NCBI GenBank assembly: GCA_048886685.1 | Contig: JBHLKM010000018.1 | Span: 1-64,000, forward strand | Length of the DNA stretch: 64,000 bases | Direction: 5' to 3' | Source: Candidatus Hodarchaeota archaeon | GTDB taxonomy: Archaea > Asgardarchaeota > Lokiarchaeia > Sigyniarchaeales > SOKP01 | Shown: positions 57,868-64,000 of the stretch, in pieces | Numbering within the stretch: the stretch's first letter is position 1 | Layout of the letters: every line of letters starts with the position of its first letter | Program-made: the position numbers and the translations under genes | Notes under the pieces: model-generated | Told to the model about the DNA's origin: nothing | The model's database searches: none | Seen by the model: only the letters and a program-made list of their open reading frames with translations

Positions 57868-58305
57868 ATGCCAGACGAGTTGAAAACTAAAGTTGGTTTA
57901 AAACAAGAAGAAGAAATGATTTTTAAATGTGAACTTGGCAACCTTAAAATGGATAATCTCTATATTGATGAAAGGAATAAAAAAGAAGTCGAAAAAATAG
58001 GATCTTCTCCTACAAAATTATTAGCTTCGTCTGTTCTAGGTTGTTTAGCTGCAAGTTTTTCATTTTGTCTACAGAAGAAAAATTTTTCATTATCGGGATT
58101 TGAAGGAAAAGCTGAAGTTACAATTGCCAGAAATGACAAAGGATATTGGAGAGTTAGGAATATTAATATAGAACTGAACCCAAAAATTGATACTCCTGAA
58201 ATGCGTAAAAGGGCAGATCAATGTGAGAAATTTTTCGAGCAATATTGCATTATTTCAGAATCGTTAAGAACCGGATTCGAAGTAAATGTTAATCTAAAAT
58301 ATTAG
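57868..58305 (+). CDS. OsmC/Ohr-family protein, copy 2
   Basis: IDE...GSSPTKLL..VLGCLA and FEQYCIISESL. Confidence 0.85.
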   Translation: MPDELKTKVGLKQEEEMIFKCELGNLKMDNLYIDERNKKEVEKIGSSPTKLLASSVLGCLAASFSFCLQKKNFSLSGFEGKAEVTIARNDKGYWRVRNINIELNPKIDTPEMRKRADQCEKFFEQYCIISESLRTGFEVNVNLKY

Positions 58306-58354
58306 TTCTGGCATTTTTATTAAGTTCTCTGAAAATTAGTAGAATTATTCGGAT

Positions 58355-59392
58355 TTAATCCTTTATCCCTTCTTCAGTTATAGTAAAGACAGTATCACTC
58401 TCAGGAATATTCGGAGCATCAACAACTTTCGCAATTCGTTGTTCTCCTTTTCCTTTCCTTAAGAATATCCGAATAGTAGCCCCATGAGCTACAACATGCC
58501 CGCCTGTATGTGTTAATGGATTACCATAGAACACGTCCGGTTTAGCAGATACCTGATTTGTATAAACAACAACCATCTCGTCATATACTTCAGATAATCT
58601 TAATAAATCATGGATGTGTGTATTCATAATTTGTTGACGAGATGCTAAAGTTCCTCTTCCAATATACTCACTACGAAAATGACCTATTAAGGAATCCACG
58701 ATCACCAATTTGATGTTTTTTTTATCAATTATTCGTGGGGCTTCTCTGATTAAAACAATTTGATGATCACTATTATAGGCTCTACCAATGGTAATATTTC
58801 TTAAAATCTCATTATAGTCCAGATCTAAGGCAGTTGCCATCTGGATAATCCTTTCTGGCCGAAAAGTCCCTTCCGTATCAATATAGAGAGCATTTCCTTC
58901 AAGACCTCCACTTTCGTATTGTAGTTGTACATTCACACATAGTTGATGAGCTAACTGTGTTTTTCCCGTACGATACTCTCCAAAAAGTTCAGTTACTGCC
59001 CCAGGTTCAATGCCTCCTCCTACTAATTCATCAAGATTTTGACTTCCTGTGGTTAATTTATTTAATAATTTACGTTTTTCCCAAATTAAATCAGCTGATT
59101 TGAATCCCATTTTCTCTACATCTTGAGCTGTTTTAACTAATTTTTCTGCTGTTTTTATACCTAAACCTACTTCATCGGTTAGTTTAGTTAAGGGATACAT
59201 TGCAAGTGTTCTAACTGATAAGATTCCAGCATCTTTTAACTTTTTTATGGTTGCATCTCCAACTCCAGGCAGATCTTTTAAACTATAAGAAGATTTTGGT
59301 AAGGATTCTTTATCTTGACTATCTTTATCTAAACTACCTTTTTTTTTTGCCATCACTGAATATAAAGAATCGCTACTATTTGAATTACTCAT
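58355..59392 (-). CDS. radA: DNA repair and recombination protein RadA
   Basis: N-terminal HhH LPGVG, GGGIE, Walker A GEYRTGKTQLAHQL, YIDTEGTFRPERI, VDSL..HFRSEYIGRGTLASRQ, TNQV, GG. Confidence 0.95.
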   Translation of the reverse strand: MSNSNSSDSLYSVMAKKKGSLDKDSQDKESLPKSSYSLKDLPGVGDATIKKLKDAGILSVRTLAMYPLTKLTDEVGLGIKTAEKLVKTAQDVEKMGFKSADLIWEKRKLLNKLTTGSQNLDELVGGGIEPGAVTELFGEYRTGKTQLAHQLCVNVQLQYESGGLEGNALYIDTEGTFRPERIIQMATALDLDYNEILRNITIGRAYNSDHQIVLIREAPRIIDKKNIKLVIVDSLIGHFRSEYIGRGTLASRQQIMNTHIHDLLRLSEVYDEMVVVYTNQVSAKPDVFYGNPLTHTGGHVVAHGATIRIFLRKGKGEQRIAKVVDAPNIPESDTVFTITEEGIKD

Positions 59393-59451
59393 AAAGTATT
59401 ATTATATTATGAAATAAGTATAAAAATAAAAATAAAAAAGTAATAGAAGTT

Positions 59452-60123
59452 CTATTTTATTTCTTTACCAGACCTAGTGATGAGAAGCAGAATAATAAAC
59501 AGAATCACTGAAAATAGAAATGTCAATAAACCTACAGGGGTTTCAGTGCCCCCAATCCAGATAAAATCTAAATACAAGAAAGGCAAGATGAATATCGCAA
59601 CAAACACGAATAAAATTGGTAACGGCGCCTCCTCATCTTTAATATCAAGAATTAACGGTACAATAATAAGGATTATCATTAATGTAGCTGCGAGCTTGAA
59701 TCCTAATGCGACACCCTCTCTAAAAATTGCTGAATGAACATTTGGTAACCAAAAATATCCAACCCTTTCAGTATAAGTTTTCAAATCAGAATCTATTTCT
59801 GGTAAAATTGCACTTGCAATTAGTTGAACAAGGATCCCTAAAGTAAGGTACAATAGAATTTCATTAATTTCTTTATCCTTTTTTAAATAAACTGCAATAG
59901 TATCACGTAATAAAGTAACAATCCACAAGCCAAAAAGGATAATATATGCGAAGAGAACATCATATCCTAATCCCCAATAGATATTTACAGGAATGACCGC
60001 AACTATATAGGCGAGATACCCGGCCTTCTCATTCCTACCGAATAAATCAAATGCAAGGAAAACGGCATATATGATAAAAAAAGTTGTTATAATTATAATC
60101 GAACTAGCATCAACTTCTACCAT
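59452..60123 (-). CDS. Hypothetical polytopic membrane protein
   Basis: About 7 hydrophobic segments. Confidence 0.7.
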   Translation of the reverse strand: MVEVDASSIIIITTFFIIYAVFLAFDLFGRNEKAGYLAYIVAVIPVNIYWGLGYDVLFAYIILFGLWIVTLLRDTIAVYLKKDKEINEILLYLTLGILVQLIASAILPEIDSDLKTYTERVGYFWLPNVHSAIFREGVALGFKLAATLMIILIIVPLILDIKDEEAPLPILFVFVAIFILPFLYLDFIWIGGTETPVGLLTFLFSVILFIILLLITRSGKEIK

Positions 60124-60212
60124 AATATCATCTTTTACTTGTTCTTAAGTTAATTTTTTATTATTATATAATTAGTTCTATTTTTTTTAAATTTTTAATT
60201 CTTAATGGAAAA

Positions 60213-61601
60213 TTAGAGTTTTGAAATTATTTTTTCCAATTTATCGATCATTTTTTGTGCAGTATTTTTATCTTCAGACTCAGCAGATAAAAGTATTGCA
60301 TCCCTATGTAACGCTACTTTAATTAAAGCATAACAATTATTATCTATTATTTTTAATTCGTTGATTATATCATGATATTTATATCCTGTTTCCTCCGCTA
60401 CTTCCCTTAATCGATTATGTATGTTATCAATAAGATCTGGTGAGATTGGTATTGTTTTGTTTATCTTTGTACCTTTGGGAAAACCCCTAGTCAATGAACT
60501 TAAAAGATCTTCTTGTTTTGTCATAATCTCAAGTATTTTTAGTAGTATAAAGTTTCCATCACTGAAAGGTGCGAACTCTGGAAAGTAAAACTTAAGAGTA
60601 TCTGCTGCAGCAAAACAGGCACGTTCTTCTCTAATTTGCCTTGAAATTTCTCCTGGAAAATTTTCAACTTCCTTAATTGGAAACCCACCATCCGCAATAA
60701 AATCCCTGACAACAGGAGGGAGTGATGGTGTTGTTAAAATTGTATTTGCTTTAGAATTTTGTATGCGTTTATCAAATGATACGAATAACATCAGTAAATC
60801 TTCAAAACTTATCTCCAACCCATTCTCGTCAACAACCAATATTCTTGAGCCATCAACATCAAAACACACTCCAAGATGACTATTTGAAGCTTTAACAATA
60901 TCAGCGGTGTTCCTAATTGTATTGATACTTGGAACTGGGCTTGAAGATCTTTCACGATAATGGGTATTTAATGCAATCACTTCAACGCCAATATCATTTA
61001 TTAAAAGAGGTGTGATCTTACCTGTAGGCCCATATGAACAATCTACAACAATTTTTAAATTTGCCTTTTTTATATTCTTCTTATCTACAAATTGTTGCAA
61101 TGATTTAATATATATATCAGCAGTTTGAGGAATCGCAGTTATTTGCCCTATTTCATTAGGATCTACACGTCGTACTTTTCTCGGGTAGGTATTATAAGAG
61201 TTTATTATCTTTTGAATCTCACTTTGCGAAAGCTCAATCCCTCCGGCATCTAAAAATCTAATGCCCACATCTTCGCTATATAAATGGCCTCCTGAAAAAT
61301 AAACGCCACCACTAGCTCCAAAACGCCTAATTGTAAATTGTAATAAAGGAAATGTACAATCTGATAAATTTAAGAGATTTATTCCTGTAGACATCAACCC
61401 TGAAGTATAAGCTCTTTTTAACATTCTGCTATCATTATGATAATCTCTCCCCATAACAATAGACTCATTTTGATTAAATATACTACCATGAATAGATCCA
61501 ATTGAGCTTGATATTTCTGGTGTGAAAATATAATTTGCTCTACCTATAATTCTTCCATTCTTATTTAACTCATTAAGGTTCTTTATTTGAAGATGCTCCA
61601 T
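60213..61601 (-). CDS. Phosphohexomutase-fold protein with degenerate active site
   Basis: PMM architecture (GRD....SRMLKRA..SGL.STG, KIVVDCSYG, GVCFD.DG.R) but SGGHLYSE replaces TASHNP and DVDGSR replaces DGDADR. Confidence 0.8.
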   Translation of the reverse strand: MEHLQIKNLNELNKNGRIIGRANYIFTPEISSSIGSIHGSIFNQNESIVMGRDYHNDSRMLKRAYTSGLMSTGINLLNLSDCTFPLLQFTIRRFGASGGVYFSGGHLYSEDVGIRFLDAGGIELSQSEIQKIINSYNTYPRKVRRVDPNEIGQITAIPQTADIYIKSLQQFVDKKNIKKANLKIVVDCSYGPTGKITPLLINDIGVEVIALNTHYRERSSSPVPSINTIRNTADIVKASNSHLGVCFDVDGSRILVVDENGLEISFEDLLMLFVSFDKRIQNSKANTILTTPSLPPVVRDFIADGGFPIKEVENFPGEISRQIREERACFAAADTLKFYFPEFAPFSDGNFILLKILEIMTKQEDLLSSLTRGFPKGTKINKTIPISPDLIDNIHNRLREVAEETGYKYHDIINELKIIDNNCYALIKVALHRDAILLSAESEDKNTAQKMIDKLEKIISKL

Positions 61602-61793
61602 TTATTATAACTTTTTTGAATTTACGATTAATTTTCTATTGGAAATTGTATATTATACCTAACTAGACTAGAATATATAACTTTACCGATTTTTAAAAAT
61701 TATCGTTTTCTTTTTAGTATATAAGATATGAAAAATTATATACAAACAAGAAATTCTCCTGAATTAAATAATAATTGGAATTTATAAGGTATT

Positions 61794-63512
61794 ATGATTG
61801 AAATTGGTAGTTATTGTCTAGTGTTACATGCTCATTTACCATGGGTTTTGGGACATGGTATATGGCCTCATGGAATGGATTGGGTTAATGAAGCTGCAGC
61901 TGAGACATATATTCCACTTCTTATGGAATTATATAAATTAGTTGATGATGGGTATCATCCCAAGCTTACTATTGGTCTCACACCAGTATTATGTGAAATG
62001 CTCCGTCATCCTAGATTTATTGATGGATTCTTAGGGTATCTGGACGAGAAATATAATGCTGCTGTCCATGATTATAATGATTTTACAGAAAATAGATATG
62101 AAGAGGGAAGGATCAAATTAACAAAATGGTGGCAAGAGTTTTATTCCCGAGTGAAGGAAGATTTTATACATCGATATAATAAAGATATCATAGGTGCTTT
62201 TAAAAATCTACAGGATATGGAACTTTTAGATATTTTAACATGTGGAGCTACTCATGGATATGCACCACTTCTTTCTAAAGAAACCTCTATAGATGCTCAA
62301 TTTAAAACAGCTGTTGATAACTATAAAAGGCATTTTGGAAGAACTCCTACAGGTGCTTGGTTACCTGAGTGTGCGTACCGTCCAGGATATCGATGGAAAA
62401 ACCCTATAACAGGTGAAGAATACAATCGTCCTGGTGTGGAATATTTTCTTGCGAAAAATGGTTTGAAATACTTTTTTATTGATACTGCATTACTACTAGG
62501 AGGAAAATCACAGGGAGTTTACGCTGCTCGGTTTCCTTTGCTTGCAGAGCTTTGGAAGCAGTTTGAATCCCAATATGAAGAAATCCCTATTTCATTTGAA
62601 AAATCTCCATATGAACCATATTTAGTGTCAACTGATCCCAGCACTCCTGGTCCTATTGGATTTTTTACTAGAGATGAAAAAACTGGAATAGTGGTATGGA
62701 GTGGAGAACATGGATATCCTGGTTGTGCAGAATATCTTGATTTTCATAAGAAGCACTATCCTGGAGGGCTTCGATACTGGAAAGTCACGGAAGCTAAGCT
62801 AGATTTAGGAAAGAAAATGTTATACTGGCCAGATGATGTTCCCGGGAAACTAGATGAAAATGGAGGGCATTATATAAATCTGATTAAAGATATTTTAAGA
62901 GATTTTAAAAATAACTTTGGGAGGAAAGGTATAGTTGTAGCCCCATATGATGCAGAATTGTTTGGTCATTGGTGGTTTGAAGGTAATTGGTGGTTATCGA
63001 GAGTTCTTCGATGGGTAGAAGATGACCCAGAAATTGACTTGACAAATACAAGAATATACTTAGAAAATAATCCCCCAAATAAAGTTGTAAGTGTGATTGA
63101 GGGATCTTGGGGTCAAGCCTCATCTCATTGGGTATGGCTTAACGAATGGACAACATGGACGTGGGAAAGAATTTATGAATGTGAAGCTAAGAGTGAAGAG
63201 ATTATAGCTAAACATAAAAACTCACATGATCCTAATTTAATAAAGATTCTTAAACAAATAGCAAGAGAATTATTGCTACTACAAAGTAGCGATTGGCAAT
63301 TTTTAATTACAACATGGTCTGCCCGTGATTACGCAGAAAATAGAGTTGCTTTACATTATGAAAATTTTAATAGGCTCTATAATATGGCAAATACGTATGC
63401 AAGTGGTCAAAATGTTGATGAGGGAGAGTGGCACTTTTTAGGTACAATAGAAGCGAATGATGGATTATTTAAAGCTTTAGATCTTGAACCGTTCGCAAAA
63501 AGTAAGATATAA
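61794..63512 (+). CDS. GH57 1,4-alpha-glucan branching enzyme (DUF1957 type)
   Basis: LHAHLPWV, ETYIPL, GATHGY, WLPECAY (nucleophile), PYDAELFGHWWFEG (acid/base), QSSDWQF. Confidence 0.93.
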   Translation: MIEIGSYCLVLHAHLPWVLGHGIWPHGMDWVNEAAAETYIPLLMELYKLVDDGYHPKLTIGLTPVLCEMLRHPRFIDGFLGYLDEKYNAAVHDYNDFTENRYEEGRIKLTKWWQEFYSRVKEDFIHRYNKDIIGAFKNLQDMELLDILTCGATHGYAPLLSKETSIDAQFKTAVDNYKRHFGRTPTGAWLPECAYRPGYRWKNPITGEEYNRPGVEYFLAKNGLKYFFIDTALLLGGKSQGVYAARFPLLAELWKQFESQYEEIPISFEKSPYEPYLVSTDPSTPGPIGFFTRDEKTGIVVWSGEHGYPGCAEYLDFHKKHYPGGLRYWKVTEAKLDLGKKMLYWPDDVPGKLDENGGHYINLIKDILRDFKNNFGRKGIVVAPYDAELFGHWWFEGNWWLSRVLRWVEDDPEIDLTNTRIYLENNPPNKVVSVIEGSWGQASSHWVWLNEWTTWTWERIYECEAKSEEIIAKHKNSHDPNLIKILKQIARELLLLQSSDWQFLITTWSARDYAENRVALHYENFNRLYNMANTYASGQNVDEGEWHFLGTIEANDGLFKALDLEPFAKSKI

Positions 63513-63673
63513 ATTGGTGAGTTGCTTCACCACCTAATGTATTAAATTTTATTATGCTTAAGAATTTTATATTTTTGTCTAAAATTTTTATAATATTATT
63601 AAGATAGTTTTTTCTTTAGAAAGCTCAAAACCTAAGTAAAATAAAACTTTCGAATCGAGATTTAAACCTACAG

Positions 63674-64000
63674 GTGGATGATATTTCAAATTCATTTTTG
63701 TATAACAAAAAATCAGCAATAAATCATGTGAAATCTCTAGCTTTTGGGAGAAAAGTAGGAACTGAAGGAGAAATAAGAACTATTAACTATATTAGAAATA
63801 ATTTAAAAGAAGAAGGTATAAAATTTGAGATAGAACCGTTTTTATTGTTTTCGATTTGGCGTACTTTAAAACTTTATTCGATAGGTATTACTTTTCTAAT
63901 TTTTGCTGATAGTTTAAGTAGTTTTTTTATGATTGGATTTTTGCTATTTAAGTTAATGATATTAATCCTTCTGTTCTTTCTTATAAAGCAATTTATAGAT
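63674..64000 (+). CDS. Partial membrane protein, possibly M28 peptidase N-terminus (runs off right edge)
   Basis: Manual translation from GTG 63674: ...SAINHVKSLAFGRKVGTEGEIRTINYIRNNLKEEGIKFEIEPF followed by TM helices; R..GTEGE...YI...L is typical of M28 N-termini. Confidence 0.55.
   Translation, partial: MDDISNSFLYNKKSAINHVKSLAFGRKVGTEGEIRTINYIRNNLKEEGIKFEIEPFLLFSIWRTLKLYSIGITFLIFADSLSSFFMIGFLLFKLMILILLFFLIKQFID

Noticed and set aside
955-63123. Numerous short ORFs in the track lying antisense or out of frame within longer genes (e.g. 955..1167, 1846..2154, 2413..2766, 4490..4738, 37505..37816, 50701..51024, 57461..57841)
   Set aside because: Fully overlap well-supported genes and show no family motifs; shadow ORFs.
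1-64000. tRNA, rRNA, CRISPR arrays, transposases, integrases
   Set aside because: No GC-rich structured RNA island, repeat-spacer array or recombinase motif recognised by eye; tRNAscan-SE and Infernal would be needed to exclude them formally.

Overview
AT-rich, gene-dense archaeal chromosome segment. RadA, a tRNA-intron endonuclease, an A/V-type ATPase, AGGTGA/GGAGGT Shine-Dalgarno motifs and the style of the hypothetical proteins suggest an Asgard archaeon, probably Lokiarchaeia (inference, not tested). Housekeeping content: purC/purS/purQ/purL, glmM/glmS, radA, endA, MEMO1, glycoside hydrolases (GH13, GH51, GH57), a FAD oxidoreductase/CCG Fe-S protein/FGGY kinase cluster and a 2-hydroxyacyl-CoA dehydratase cluster with a second alpha-like paralog. 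No rRNA, tRNA, CRISPR array or mobile element was recognised. Most notable observations: (1) an A/V-ATPase operon (K-C-H-F-E-A-B-D-I) followed by a second, full-length A subunit whose catalytic GER motif is GEP; (2) a B12-binding, mutase-like protein coupled to an opine-dehydrogenase gene, preceded by a long structured leader and a divergent, uncalled winged-helix gene; (3) a gamma-glutamyl ligase/cyclotransferase/amidohydrolase trio; (4) several genes that appear to need non-canonical starts (ACG/ATC/ATA); (5) a membrane protein combining an RGG-rich tail, an ectodomain resembling the plant APD E3-ligase middle domain, and a double zinc ribbon. All family calls come from motif recognition by eye; no searches were run.
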